Virus record (IMG/VR): IMGVR_UViG_3300046492_000366
Span: 2,843-66,842 of that record
DNA length: 64,000 nucleotides
DNA from: a virus
Reading direction: 5' to 3' (one strand)
The notes below the pieces were generated by a model, which was not told the DNA's origin, ran no database searches, and saw only the letters and a list, made by a program, of their open reading frames with translations. Every line of letters starts with the position of its first letter. Position 1 is the stretch's first letter. Of the stretch, positions 1 through 10,040 are shown piece after piece. The translations under genes were made by a program, and so were the position numbers.

Positions 1-3
1 ACC

Positions 4-336
4 TTGGGGCTCTCCCGAAAGATTGGGCGGATTACAGGCTTGGTGCTGGAAATGAACGGTCGCCGATATCAGTTAGTAGAGACCGAACGGATGATCGCCG
101 GCGTAACGCACCGCTCAATTTCCGATGCCGACGCCTACCGAGCGCTCATAGATGTAGCCCAAGTCGCGCAGGAGGAGCGGGATCTGCGCACTTTTGAAAG
201 GATGCGGCCTCACATTGAGTCGGCGGCTTTCTGCATGTGCCCTGCCTGCCTCGATCGTTTTGGAGCACGAGACGACTGTCAGACCTGCGCCGGAAAAGGT
301 TTTGTGACGAAGCCGGCGCCAGCAGGTTCCCGCTGA
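4..336 (+). CDS. Hypothetical prophage protein with C-terminal Cys cluster (start uncertain, may extend upstream)
   Basis: CMCPAC...DCQTCAGKG zinc-finger-like motif. Confidence 0.6.
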   Translation: MGLSRKIGRITGLVLEMNGRRYQLVETERMIAGVTHRSISDADAYRALIDVAQVAQEERDLRTFERMRPHIESAAFCMCPACLDRFGARDDCQTCAGKGFVTKPAPAGSR

Positions 337-379
337 GAGCTCATTCGAGCTTCGTGGAAGGGATTAAAATTTCGGCGTT

Positions 380-1096
380 CTATTTTACAACTTCCCCTGA
401 GTAAATCCGGGTACGGAAGCTTTGAAAGCTCCCACGACATATTTGTATCCATTTTTCATATTCATCTACGGCTTGAGAAAAATTGTGGAACTTATCCCTG
501 ATGAAACCAGTAATCTCCTGAGATGGGTTTTGTGGATATTCCTCTAGAGTTAAAACAAGTCGAGCAATCGGTTCATAAAAGCGGCCTTGGAAATTTAGAG
601 TGGGGCGAAGAGTTTCACTAAACTCTTCGAGATGAGCATTCTCGGCTAGCATCCTGTCAAATCTGCGAACAGTATTCGAAACCTCATCTTGAAAAACTCT
701 AACCCCGACTGCGAATTCAAGGGCTTTCTGTACATCAAGCCCTTCCGGGCCACCATTCCTGAGCAAATGCCCCTTCAAAAATGCACTCCAGGCATCTTCT
801 TCCACAACTCTCTCTAGGCGGCTCAAGAATTCAGTTTGATGCTGAATCCGCTTTTCGTGAGCTTGGAGAAGAAGCTGCTGAGAAAAGGTCTCTTTTATTA
901 TACGATTTTGCTCTTCAAGGGACTCTCGATGGTTATTTGCAACCAACTTCGTAGACTCATCATGCTGTCGCCTTAGCTGTTCCGTTGACTGAGCGTGGTT
1001 CTCTGAAACTAGTTTCAACTGCCATTTAGCAACAAGTATAGTTGCTACCGCTGCAACCAGAGCACCGACTAAGGCGCCTAGAAATCCTTCTAACAT
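380..1096 (-). CDS. Moron; N-terminal membrane anchor plus helical domain
   Basis: 238-aa AT-rich ORF, hydrophobic N-terminus GFLGALVGALVAAVATILVA, downstream of the spanins. Confidence 0.75.
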   Translation of the reverse strand: MLEGFLGALVGALVAAVATILVAKWQLKLVSENHAQSTEQLRRQHDESTKLVANNHRESLEEQNRIIKETFSQQLLLQAHEKRIQHQTEFLSRLERVVEEDAWSAFLKGHLLRNGGPEGLDVQKALEFAVGVRVFQDEVSNTVRRFDRMLAENAHLEEFSETLRPTLNFQGRFYEPIARLVLTLEEYPQNPSQEITGFIRDKFHNFSQAVDEYEKWIQICRGSFQSFRTRIYSGEVVK

Positions 1097-1179
1097 TTCA
1101 GCCCCCTTTTAGAAAAACCCTAAAGCACCCATTTTAGCCTATAAAATAGGCTCGGAGTCGTATGTTCGAAGTACGATAA

Positions 1180-1719
1180 TTAATCACGATTATTGAAATT
1201 ACCTACCTTCCCCCCCTCTATCTCTTTGATGAATGCCTGGCACGCCTGCAGCGCGATCAGCCCCCGGTCGCCGGTGTCAGTGATGGCGACAATTCGTCGA
1301 GCATGCGCCGGGTCAAGTCGGGCTCGTACGGCTGCATGATCCACGCCGCCGGCGCCGGTGGTGGCTGGCACCCCGCAGCCTTTGGCAGTGTCGGTTGCGT
1401 CGAGGAGGACTGACAACCGCAGATCAGAAGTGGCAAGGCGATCGCGCAGGCGATCTTGGTCACGTTGGGCATCACTCATTTTCCTGAAGTGGGTTTGCTC
1501 ACTGGCCGACAGCCGCTGCTCGAGCGCCAGCCGCTTGTCCTGCTCGGCCTGCTGCGCGGAAGCTGCGGCTTGGGTCAGTTGATTGAGGGTTTCGGCGTGA
1601 TGCCGGGCCTGTCCGGCTAACTGGTTCTCGTAGCACGAGTGCTGAAACTGCCATGCGCTGCCGAAGCCGGCGAGCACCAGCGCCAGCACGCCGACCAATT
1701 TCCACGGAACGACCATCAC
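1180..1719 (-). CDS. rz: Rz-like inner-membrane spanin
   Basis: N-terminal TM helix, coiled coil, follows the endolysin, contains a nested lipoprotein ORF. Confidence 0.9.
   Translation of the reverse strand: MMVVPWKLVGVLALVLAGFGSAWQFQHSCYENQLAGQARHHAETLNQLTQAAASAQQAEQDKRLALEQRLSASEQTHFRKMSDAQRDQDRLRDRLATSDLRLSVLLDATDTAKGCGVPATTGAGGVDHAAVRARLDPAHARRIVAITDTGDRGLIALQACQAFIKEIEGGKVGNFNNRD
1257..1475 (-). CDS. rz1: Rz1-like outer-membrane lipoprotein spanin, nested in rz in another frame
   Basis: Lipobox LLICGC, Pro-rich CQPPPAPAAWIM. Confidence 0.85.
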   Translation of the reverse strand: MMPNVTKIACAIALPLLICGCQSSSTQPTLPKAAGCQPPPAPAAWIMQPYEPDLTRRMLDELSPSLTPATGG

Positions 1720-2138
1720 GGGACATCCTTGAAGAAGACGTGACCGCCCAGCTTCAGGGTCTGTTTCGCCTTCGCCGCCCAGGCCGGCGCCTTGATGCTG
1801 GTCGCGTAGTAGTGCGTGGCTCCACCGGTGGGATCGGGCACCTTGCCGTCGATCACCTGGTCAGCAGCGATCCGACATTGCGCCAGTTCGCGGAACGGGA
1901 TCTGCTTCACGCCGATCAGGAACTGGTAGTTCGGGTCGTTCTTGTTCCAGCAGCTGAACTGATACGGTTTCTGGCACACGCCGGCGTAGCCCTCGCCCCA
2001 CCACGAATTCGTCTTACCGTCGAATACCCGGTTGCGAATCGCCCAGGCCACGGCAATCTTTCCGGCAGTCCCTTCGCCCCGCGCCTCCCCCCAAAGCGTG
2101 CGGGCGAGGATGTCTCGGTCTTTTTCAGTGACAGTCAT
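1716..2138 (-). CDS. Endolysin, SleB/Hydrolase_2-type cell wall hydrolase
   Basis: LARTLWGEARGE, YQFSCWN, DPTGGATHYY and GGHVFF motifs. Confidence 0.9.
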   Translation of the reverse strand: MTVTEKDRDILARTLWGEARGEGTAGKIAVAWAIRNRVFDGKTNSWWGEGYAGVCQKPYQFSCWNKNDPNYQFLIGVKQIPFRELAQCRIAADQVIDGKVPDPTGGATHYYATSIKAPAWAAKAKQTLKLGGHVFFKDVP

Positions 2139-2180
2139 GTTTTTCTCCAGACAAAAAGAAGCCCGCTCAATGGCGGGCTA

Positions 2181-2519
2181 TCAGGATTCAGGGGTTTCAG
2201 GCCAGTCCGGCTTCGCCGGCCAGCCTTCACGTTCTGGCGTTTTGCTCAGTGCAATCAGGTAGCGTTTCCACGCCCTCCAGCGATCCCGATCTGCGTCGCT
2301 GATTTCTTCAAGATCAACGCCGGCCTGTAATGGACTGATCGCGGTATTGGCGTCCTGCACCAAGCTACTCAGTGATGCTTTCACGTCCCGAACCATTTCA
2401 TCAACAGCGACCTTCTGAATCAGCCAGTCCGGCAGCTCATCCACGTAAGTCTCCCCGGGATCGACCGCCCAGCCCTCTTCGATACCGCGCCAGCCAGTTT
2501 CAGTGATTGCATAAGGCAT
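2181..2519 (-). CDS. Tail fibre assembly chaperone (Tfa-like)
   Basis: C-terminal WKRYLIAL...WPAKPDWPETP; follows the fibre gene. Confidence 0.85.
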   Translation of the reverse strand: MPYAITETGWRGIEEGWAVDPGETYVDELPDWLIQKVAVDEMVRDVKASLSSLVQDANTAISPLQAGVDLEEISDADRDRWRAWKRYLIALSKTPEREGWPAKPDWPETPES

Positions 2520-2521
2520 AT

Positions 2522-3793
2522 TCAGCGCTCCATTCCATAGCCGCAGACATCGATGAAGAGGGTTCCGCCGGTGTTAGTGTTGGCATAGGTGACGTTTTGC
2601 GAGGCGTCAGTGACAAACTCGAACTGGTAGCGCGACCCCACATCGAATAGCGCCATCGCAGCCGAGCCGGCCGAGGGGATCGAAAGTTGCGAGACAACGC
2701 CCGAGGCGGTGCAACGAAGCACAGGTGTTTGGCTGGTGATGGGTACGACCGGGGCCAGAGAAACCACGGTGTACGCCGTAGCGGTTCCACCAGCAAGACG
2801 CCGAAAAGGCGCGCTTGACGTTGCCGCACCGTACAAAAGCGTTCCAGCATTGCTGATCTGAAAACAGTAAAGCGTCCCGCCCGCCCCAGATCGAAGAGCG
2901 CAGACAAACCTCCGGGAAGTGTCGCCAGTTTTTGACCGCGCCGTTCCCGAGTACGGTGCGGCGGGCGCAACAGCAGAGAGTTCAATCGCGGAAGTCCCGG
3001 CATTGTCGTAGAGATAGAGGTAATAAAAGACGTCGGGGGTGAGCCCACCTATTCCCGTCAAAGTGATGGGTGACGTAAGGCGCAGCACCTTGTTCGAACT
3101 CTGAATGAAAGCCGCGCCTGAGGGGATGGTGATCGAACTGCTCGAGTTCCAAACCGGAATCAAGCCATCGATGTAGCCCGGGCCGACACCCAACGCGGCA
3201 GCCGTCGCTGCGGAAGCAGCAGCATTGATTTCAGAGAGCGCAGCTGCGTTCTTGGAAGCCAAAGCGGCGGAAGCGGAATTGCCCGCATTCGTTTCGGAGG
3301 TTGCGGCGGAGTTCTTGGAAGCGAGCGCTGCCGAGGCTGACTGAGCCGCATTGGTTTCGGACGTTGCTGCCGCGTTCTTCGAGCTCAGCGCCGCACTGGC
3401 GGACGTACCGGCATTGGCCTCTGACGCCGCAGCGACATTTTTGGAAGCGAGCGCCGCTGCGGCAGAGCCAGCTGCCTGCAGCACGCTTTCCTCCATCCCA
3501 TCCAGCGCGTCGCCTACTTCTGTTGAGGCCTTGCGGAGTGCATCGGCAGTTGCCTTTACATAGCCCTGCATCGGCGCCAGCGCATACACACCGCCAGCGG
3601 TAGTTGGCCCTTGATAGTTTGGCGAGATGGCCAGCGCGGTGTCGCTCGCGATGTTGACGACCTCGTACCAGTTGCCGTCGGGCCCCCGGAAGGCATCACC
3701 CACGCGGCTATTCGCGATGAAAGCAGTGCCGGCCCCGATCACCGCACTGGAATTTTGGGTGACAGACACCGTTCCTGATTTGTACCAGGTCAT
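2522..3793 (-). CDS. Side tail fibre protein
   Basis: N-terminus WYKSGTVSVTQNS typical of Pseudomonas fibres; Ala/Ser repeats; variable C-terminus. Confidence 0.85.
   Translation of the reverse strand: MTWYKSGTVSVTQNSSAVIGAGTAFIANSRVGDAFRGPDGNWYEVVNIASDTALAISPNYQGPTTAGGVYALAPMQGYVKATADALRKASTEVGDALDGMEESVLQAAGSAAAALASKNVAAASEANAGTSASAALSSKNAAATSETNAAQSASAALASKNSAATSETNAGNSASAALASKNAAALSEINAAASAATAAALGVGPGYIDGLIPVWNSSSSITIPSGAAFIQSSNKVLRLTSPITLTGIGGLTPDVFYYLYLYDNAGTSAIELSAVAPAAPYSGTARSKTGDTSRRFVCALRSGAGGTLYCFQISNAGTLLYGAATSSAPFRRLAGGTATAYTVVSLAPVVPITSQTPVLRCTASGVVSQLSIPSAGSAAMALFDVGSRYQFEFVTDASQNVTYANTNTGGTLFIDVCGYGMER
3215..3470 (-). repeat. Four 63-bp (21-aa) tandem repeats in the tail fibre
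   Basis: SASAALxSKNxAAxSExNAxx units. Confidence 0.85.
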
Positions 3794-3815
3794 TTATTTC
3801 TCCAGATTTTTAGGG

Positions 3816-4478
3816 TCAGGCCACTAATTTGGCGCAGAGGAATGGCCGGTGGCCCTGATCAGTCCAGGCAGTGGTGGCTAGGCTGTACATCATGATTCGC
3901 CCCGCGGCGTAATCCACGCCGATCGCACAGCCGCCGCCGTTAGCGTTGTTATGGCAGTTCATGGTGAAGGGGTTAAGGGAAACGTACTCCCCCGCAACAA
4001 GCGCCTTGGAAATCCCCCAGATATACCGCCGACCTACAGGCAAAACCTCGTCACCGAAATAGGTCCAGTTACCAGCGGCGAAAGTCACGACCACCGCCGG
4101 CGCGCCACTGTCGTAGACCAGCGTTCCCGCGGCATCCCACAGCCGCATGCCGTAGATCGCCGTGCCCATGGATGCCCACGCGGACACGAAATAAAGGCCG
4201 CTCAGCGTGGAGTTGATGTTTGACGCCTTCATCGCAAACCCAGTCCAGCCGCCTGGCCCACCCATGAACCAAACCGATATCGGCACCTGAATCGAACCCG
4301 TCTGATCCGGTCGGATAAACACGATGGGAGGATCTGCGCTTGTGATGACGCGGGGAAATGCTACGACTGCGTCGGTCGTACCGGAATAACTCCCCTTCGC
4401 CAAAACGCAAAGCCTCGGTGCGTCTGAGTCGATTTGGACAAATGAATTGTCGTTGATGCTCTGGAAGCCGTAAGTCAT
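3816..4478 (-). CDS. Tail tip-associated protein
   Basis: Lies between J and the fibre; YGFQSIND / YGMRLWDAAG repeats. Confidence 0.7.
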   Translation of the reverse strand: MTYGFQSINDNSFVQIDSDAPRLCVLAKGSYSGTTDAVVAFPRVITSADPPIVFIRPDQTGSIQVPISVWFMGGPGGWTGFAMKASNINSTLSGLYFVSAWASMGTAIYGMRLWDAAGTLVYDSGAPAVVVTFAAGNWTYFGDEVLPVGRRYIWGISKALVAGEYVSLNPFTMNCHNNANGGGCAIGVDYAAGRIMMYSLATTAWTDQGHRPFLCAKLVA

Positions 4479-4831
4479 GTCCCGTACCTGATCGCGTAGC
4501 CCTTGGCCACAACTCTGGATTGCAGGGTCGAAGCGCTAGAGGAAGGGTTCTTCGGCAGAACTGTCACCTGACCTACAGCCGTGGTGACATAGGGGTACGA
4601 TTTGGTATTACCGCTCCCGTCTAACTCCGATGACTGCACGTCTTGCGCCCTCGTCGGAATGATCATGAACACACAGTTCGCCGGATTGAATCCCGGGATG
4701 CTCAGCGTGTAGCTAGGCACCGTTCCGCTGAAGTCAATCACGCCCTGCCAAAGCACTTGGTACGTAAAAGAGTTTGTGTCCATAGCGAGAAACCCGTTCT
4801 CGTCAAAGACACGCAGACCAAATAGAGCCAT
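4475..4831 (-). CDS. Tail tip-associated protein
   Basis: FGLRVFDENG N-terminus, directly downstream of J. Confidence 0.7.
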   Translation of the reverse strand: MALFGLRVFDENGFLAMDTNSFTYQVLWQGVIDFSGTVPSYTLSIPGFNPANCVFMIIPTRAQDVQSSELDGSGNTKSYPYVTTAVGQVTVLPKNPSSSASTLQSRVVAKGYAIRYGT

Positions 4832-4834
4832 TGA

Positions 4835-7800
4835 TTACCCCAGATAACCGAGACGGACACGCAGCACGTTGTTGGCGTCGTAGACCGAGACGTTCAGCGA
4901 GTTGATCACCAGTCGGCCCTGTCCGGGCACGATGCCGTTGATCTCCAGCGTTCCGTCTTTATTGAGAATCCAGCCTTGCTGGCCGGGGATATAGTTGTTC
5001 GAGCTGATGAAGTTGCCGATCTTGGCATTGGTGATGCTGCCGTCTTGTAGGAACGCGGAGCGCATGAACACCTGGCCGCCCTGCACTGCAAACGGCACCG
5101 AGATTGCGCCGCCGGCAATCGTGTTGACGATGGCGAACCGATCCGCCGCAACCAGGAACTGGCTCTGAAAAACACCGTTCACGTTCTCGATGCCCAAGCC
5201 AATGCCAGCAGCCACGTACTGACCATTCGCAGTGACCGACATCTTCACCGACCACATCGTTTTCAGGTTGCCATCGAGATCGGCAAAAGCCTCGGCGGTC
5301 TCCTGGATGGCGGATGTGTTGTCTCCGACCGTTGCTGTCAGTTGCGTGATTTTGGTGGCAGTGGCCTCTTCGTTCGTGGCGACCGTACGCTCCAGCTCGG
5401 TCAGGTTTGCAGCGTTTTCACCCACCTCGGAATCAAGCGTTGTTACCCGCTGGGTAAGCGCGCTGTTTTGCGAGGCCCGGACCTTTACTTCTTCAGCAAA
5501 GCTGGTCGTAGCATTCCATCCACGCAAGGCATCCTGTGCGTCACCCTCTCCATCTTCGTCGCGGTAGGAGGCCCGCAGTGCTTGGAAAGCTGTCGCTTGC
5601 GCAGTCACCACGCCGTCGATTTCGGTGATGTCGGCAGTGTTGGTTTGAACCTGCTGAGCCAAGCCGTTTGCCGTCTGCACTGTCTGCCCAACGTCGAGCC
5701 AGTAAGCAGGGTTCGGCGGCGGCATGTCGATCGGAACTGGGCCGGTAGCCTGATAGATCCGCTTGCCGACGACCACAAGGTCGTATTCCTCGTAGGTGTC
5801 GTCCGGGTTGTAAGTCTTTAGCCCGTCCAGCGCATCGATCTGTGCTTGGAGCCCTGGGATTTTGTCGATCTCGTCGAGGATGTCCTTGCCCAACTCGGTG
5901 CGACCAATCTCACCGGCGATCATTTCCAGAATGGCCGCAGCGTCGGAGCTCGACTGCCCCTGCACACCGATGCCGATCGGATACCACGGCCCGATGTTGC
6001 CGATCTTGTCGACGATCCGCCCCCAGAAGTAGAACGTCACGCCAGCTCGCAGGCCGAGCATGGAGAAATCACTCTGCGGGTAAGCCAGGTCGGTCAGTTT
6101 GGTAGCCATGTCGAGCTGGGTGGTTTGGCTGTACCAGATTTCAGTCCTTTGGCTATCCTCGGCACCGGCAGGGAAACCCCACTTCAGGTAGATGCCGAAC
6201 AGCAATGGCGTGGCATTCAGGTAGCTGAGCGCCGGCGGCAATCCCTGCTTGCCTTTGAGATTGGTCAAGATTGAATTGCGCCAGATCGACGTGATATCGA
6301 ACGCACTCACGGCCCGCACCCGGGCCACGTAAGCGCCCGCGTAAATCCCAGCTACATCGACGTTGGTCATGCCGGTGCGCTGCAGCTTGATCCAGTTGCC
6401 GCTGTCTTTGCGCCACTCGATGTCGTAGCCGACGGCGCCAGGTACGGCAGGCCAGCTGATGGTCATGGTGGCAACGGCCAGCCCTTGGACAACCGCCGAA
6501 GTGGATACGAGCGTTACGCTCGCCGGCGCCGGCACCACCGTGATCGGAATCACGCTGATTGGTCGCTCTTCAAGCCGGGCGCCGGTATCGATATAGGCAA
6601 ACTTGCTCGGGTCGTATTGCAGCGCACTGATTTCGAAGTCGCCTTCGGTGGTGCGCCTGGTGCGCAGCACGCGGTACAGCGGAATCGCCAAATCGTCCGC
6701 ATCGAGCGCCCATTGCAACTGCGCGATCGGTGGTTCGCTGTAGTTCGTGGTGACGGTCACGTCGCGTCCGATAACTTTCTGCACGGTGCGACCTTCTGCG
6801 CGGCCGCCCGGCAGGTTGATGATCAACCGATCACCGACCTTGGCCTGGGTGTCACGGTCGAGCGTCACCACGCGGCCAGACGCGGCCGAGATGCGCCCGC
6901 CCACCTCCCGCCCCGCCAGCAGCGAATCAGCCACCGGAATGATGTGCCCGGGCAACGGGATCACGCCTTCCATGCCAGTCTTGAATGACACGGTGCGATC
7001 TTGGTTGTTGCTGAGGATCGCCCACTTGCCGCGACGCTGGGCTTCCGATGCCCGGGTGCAGCCAATGGCGCTCAGCTCGAGCGGCCGGTCGCCGTAACGG
7101 CGCTGCAATTCCAGATCGGCGAAAGGGATAACGTCGGTGTCGTAGTTGTTCGCCGGGTTGTCGTAACTGACCAGTGCCCGGGTGTAGCGCGTCTTCGCCG
7201 AGGCGCTGCCGTAGGAGAATTTGCCATCAATGACGTTGGCGCGAGTGAAGACGTAGTCGAAGTCTTGCGCGCGCGGCATGTCGGCCTGCATCACCAGCTG
7301 GCCCTGAGCCCAGTAGGTCATGCCCCGGTAAATGCCGGCGATATCGCGCAGCAAAGACCATGCATCAGCCTTGCCTTGTAGGTTCATGTCACACAGGAAG
7401 CGCGGCTCGACGCCATTCAAGCCGTTCGGCACAAGCTGGTCGCAGTACTGCGCGATCCGATAAAGCTCCCACTTGTCGACCATGAAAGGCTTGATGCGCT
7501 TGCCCAGGCCGAACCGGTCTTCGGTGCACACGCCGAAGGTGATCCACGCCGGATTGTTGGTCCAAGCGGATTTCATCGAACCATCCCACGTCCCGGTGTA
7601 CGTGCGCAGGATAGGGTCGTAGTTGCTCGGCACCATCCAGCGGCGCGCTTTGCACTTAACGGTCACAGCGGGGATGTTGGTGAACTGCTCGGCGTCAAAT
7701 TCGATGTAGAGCAGCGCCGTATTCGGGTAGCGCAGCTTGGCGTCGATGACTTCGGTGTAGCCGGCCACCAGCATGGTGTCGGCGATCTTGTTGCTGTTCT

Positions 7801-8398
7801 GGTTCGGCGTCAGGCGGCGCACGCGGATCTGCCAGCCGGTTGTGGCGTCCGGCAGATCGATGCGGCGCGAGCGCTCATAGCGCGTGGTGGTCTTACCATC
7901 AACGGCGTCCACCAGCACCTGCTGATAGGCTCCCCCATCGGTGGCCACGTCGATGGCGTATTCGATGCGATAGCCACCGACGTTGCCTTCATCGTCGGCA
8001 CGCTGCAGGGCCGGCCACGCCAGGCGCATGCGCACGGCCGAAAGCTGGGTGTTGGTGATGGAACGCACCCACGCCGCATCGCTGCGCAGCTCGATATTCA
8101 GCGACGTCTCGCTCTCCACCGAGGGAATGCCTGGGATGTACGCCTGATCCACCGAGCCCGACCGCCAGTCCCACTTCACGCCAGGAAAATTGTAGTTGCC
8201 GCTGGCATCGCGGATCGGCGTGTTGTCCAGATAGATGTCGTACTCGGTCGGTACCGCGTCGAACTCGCCCTCGCCCACGGCGATGAGCAGCTTTGCCAAG
8301 TTGGTCGAGCGCAGGCTGTCGCTTGCTTCGACTGGCGACTTAGGCTTACTGCTGCCACCTTTCTCGCCGTGGATATCGATCTGTGCTGCTGCGCCCAT
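4835..8398 (-). CDS. J: Host-specificity / central tail tip protein J
   Basis: GEKGGSSKP start, WTNNPAW, FN3-like region, C-terminal SITNAKIG...RVRLG; SD GGAGGA before ATG 8398. Confidence 0.95.
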   Translation of the reverse strand: MGAAAQIDIHGEKGGSSKPKSPVEASDSLRSTNLAKLLIAVGEGEFDAVPTEYDIYLDNTPIRDASGNYNFPGVKWDWRSGSVDQAYIPGIPSVESETSLNIELRSDAAWVRSITNTQLSAVRMRLAWPALQRADDEGNVGGYRIEYAIDVATDGGAYQQVLVDAVDGKTTTRYERSRRIDLPDATTGWQIRVRRLTPNQNSNKIADTMLVAGYTEVIDAKLRYPNTALLYIEFDAEQFTNIPAVTVKCKARRWMVPSNYDPILRTYTGTWDGSMKSAWTNNPAWITFGVCTEDRFGLGKRIKPFMVDKWELYRIAQYCDQLVPNGLNGVEPRFLCDMNLQGKADAWSLLRDIAGIYRGMTYWAQGQLVMQADMPRAQDFDYVFTRANVIDGKFSYGSASAKTRYTRALVSYDNPANNYDTDVIPFADLELQRRYGDRPLELSAIGCTRASEAQRRGKWAILSNNQDRTVSFKTGMEGVIPLPGHIIPVADSLLAGREVGGRISAASGRVVTLDRDTQAKVGDRLIINLPGGRAEGRTVQKVIGRDVTVTTNYSEPPIAQLQWALDADDLAIPLYRVLRTRRTTEGDFEISALQYDPSKFAYIDTGARLEERPISVIPITVVPAPASVTLVSTSAVVQGLAVATMTISWPAVPGAVGYDIEWRKDSGNWIKLQRTGMTNVDVAGIYAGAYVARVRAVSAFDITSIWRNSILTNLKGKQGLPPALSYLNATPLLFGIYLKWGFPAGAEDSQRTEIWYSQTTQLDMATKLTDLAYPQSDFSMLGLRAGVTFYFWGRIVDKIGNIGPWYPIGIGVQGQSSSDAAAILEMIAGEIGRTELGKDILDEIDKIPGLQAQIDALDGLKTYNPDDTYEEYDLVVVGKRIYQATGPVPIDMPPPNPAYWLDVGQTVQTANGLAQQVQTNTADITEIDGVVTAQATAFQALRASYRDEDGEGDAQDALRGWNATTSFAEEVKVRASQNSALTQRVTTLDSEVGENAANLTELERTVATNEEATATKITQLTATVGDNTSAIQETAEAFADLDGNLKTMWSVKMSVTANGQYVAAGIGLGIENVNGVFQSQFLVAADRFAIVNTIAGGAISVPFAVQGGQVFMRSAFLQDGSITNAKIGNFISSNNYIPGQQGWILNKDGTLEINGIVPGQGRLVINSLNVSVYDANNVLRVRLGYLG

Positions 8399-8409
8399 GC
8401 TTTCCTCCA

Positions 8410-8436
8410 GGCATAAAAAAACCCGCCGTAGCGGGT
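8410..8436 (-). terminator. Intrinsic terminator after the putAbiC-like moron
   Basis: ACCCGC-N4-GCGGGT stem followed by a T-run on the minus strand. Confidence 0.75.
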
Positions 8437-8452
8437 AATAAGGTGACAAATA

Positions 8453-9355
8453 TCAAAGTGAAAGAATCGGCAACCCCAGCACATGAACTCTATCCAACAG
8501 CCTATGTTGCGGCACACCTATACAGAAAGAATACTTTACCAACAACTCTTTTAAATGATCAGTACCGCAAACCACTGCATAATAAAAAATTAACAATTTT
8601 TCCGAGTCCGAGAAAAGCGATTTATACATATTTATATATAACTTATTACCTTCCAAAAAAGAATCAATATATGACAGCGTTATTTCGACACCTGCCATGT
8701 ATTGCTGCAGTTCTTCACCATCATTTTGCCAAAAATGATCAAAAGCGACAACCAACCCTCTAAGCTCATCTCTACGTGGCTTTATATTTAACAGCCCGAT
8801 CACTGTAACGTTTGGGTTGTCGGGTACAGCCGTATTTTTCACGAAGGACGAATGAAGCCTCTTGCAAAAAATCTTTATACAATCACGCCCCTTTGTAACT
8901 TTATTATTACTATCAACCAAGTCTATGGCGGCCAACGCTGCCATATGCGTATCAATCATTTTATAGAAGGTCGCAACTGAGTTTTGCATTTTGAAATTTT
9001 CAACCTGCTGATCTAGCGCATTTGCAGATTTAGCCAGCTCGACACGAGACTCCTTTAATTCCACCCTTTGTATGGTGATAGTTATCAAAAGCCCCATAAA
9101 AGCAAAAAACGTCAGTATTGGATTAGTTACCCCTCCAAAAAAATCCCCAAAAACACCTGATGAAAAAACCTCATCCTTTGACCGAACCGCGATTACAACA
9201 TCCGCAATAAAAACAACAAAAATCACGACTACAGCCGCAACAAAAATACGGTAAAGCTTTCGGACACCATCCTCTTCCCCCGGAAGCACCAACGCTTCAA
9301 ACCACCTATACGGAGCACTCAACAGTTTTTTTAAAAATCCATTTCCGCTGTCCAT
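8453..9355 (-). CDS. Putative phage abortive infection protein (putAbiC-like), moron
   Basis: Two TM helices, GVFGDFFGGVTNPILTF..LLITITIQRVEL, FYKMID, KGRDC; AT-rich. Confidence 0.75.
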   Translation of the reverse strand: MDSGNGFLKKLLSAPYRWFEALVLPGEEDGVRKLYRIFVAAVVVIFVVFIADVVIAVRSKDEVFSSGVFGDFFGGVTNPILTFFAFMGLLITITIQRVELKESRVELAKSANALDQQVENFKMQNSVATFYKMIDTHMAALAAIDLVDSNNKVTKGRDCIKIFCKRLHSSFVKNTAVPDNPNVTVIGLLNIKPRRDELRGLVVAFDHFWQNDGEELQQYMAGVEITLSYIDSFLEGNKLYINMYKSLFSDSEKLLIFYYAVVCGTDHLKELLVKYSFCIGVPQHRLLDRVHVLGLPILSL

Positions 9356-9389
9356 AATGTGGCTCCAATAATCTTAAAAAATAATGTTG

Positions 9390-9998
9390 CTACATTTTAT
9401 CCTCTGCGTAAATGGACGCTGAGATGATCATCCCGCCCCACCGGCGTTCGCCGATGCAGATAGGCACGGGGTTGCCGCTGGCCGTGGTGTTCTTGGCGCT
9501 GCCGAAGGCATAGGACGGGGAGTTTTCGGGGGAAACGCTTTGCTTCAGTCCTGAGGCTTGCGGACTGAGCATTTGGATCACGCCGCCGATCGCCATAGAC
9601 GCGCCGGCCGCATACAAAAACGGCGATGCGGCTGCAAACGGAGTGAATGACAGTACATAGGCCGCGGCGATCATCACTGTGCCGATGATGGTCTGCAGCC
9701 CGCCGGCGCGCTTGCTCCCGGCAATCACCGGAACAATGCGAATTTCACGCGTACCGCCAAGATCGAATCCGTCCATCCCAATATTTGCGCGATTCCGGAA
9801 GATCGCAAACTTCAGCCCAAGGCGCTCCAGTCGTTTAATTTCCTCGGCGAAACCATCAATCGTCGCATTGAGTGCGCGGAATACCTCGACGGCCGATCCG
9901 CCATCAAGAAGGAATTGCTTGCTTCGAAAAAACTTCTTCGCGAGCGAACCGGACAGCATCACTTTCGTCATTGGCGTATAGGTAATTGCTGAGCACAT
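9390..9998 (-). CDS. I: Tail assembly protein I
   Basis: IRIVPVIAGSK...SYAFGSAKNTTASGNPVPICIG. Confidence 0.93.
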   Translation of the reverse strand: MCSAITYTPMTKVMLSGSLAKKFFRSKQFLLDGGSAVEVFRALNATIDGFAEEIKRLERLGLKFAIFRNRANIGMDGFDLGGTREIRIVPVIAGSKRAGGLQTIIGTVMIAAAYVLSFTPFAAASPFLYAAGASMAIGGVIQMLSPQASGLKQSVSPENSPSYAFGSAKNTTASGNPVPICIGERRWGGMIISASIYAEDKM

Positions 9999-10013
9999 GC
10001 CATTCTCCAGGCA

Positions 10014-10036
10014 ATAAAAAACCGCCCGGAGGCGGT
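10014..10036 (-). terminator. Intrinsic terminator after the lipoprotein moron
   Basis: ACCGCC-N4-GGCGGT plus T-run. Confidence 0.75.
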
Positions 10037-10040
10037 CTGT

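Noticed and set aside
2522-3793. Diversity-generating retroelement or invertible tail-fibre cassette
   Set aside because: No reverse transcriptase, invertase, template repeat or flanking inverted repeats seen in the window
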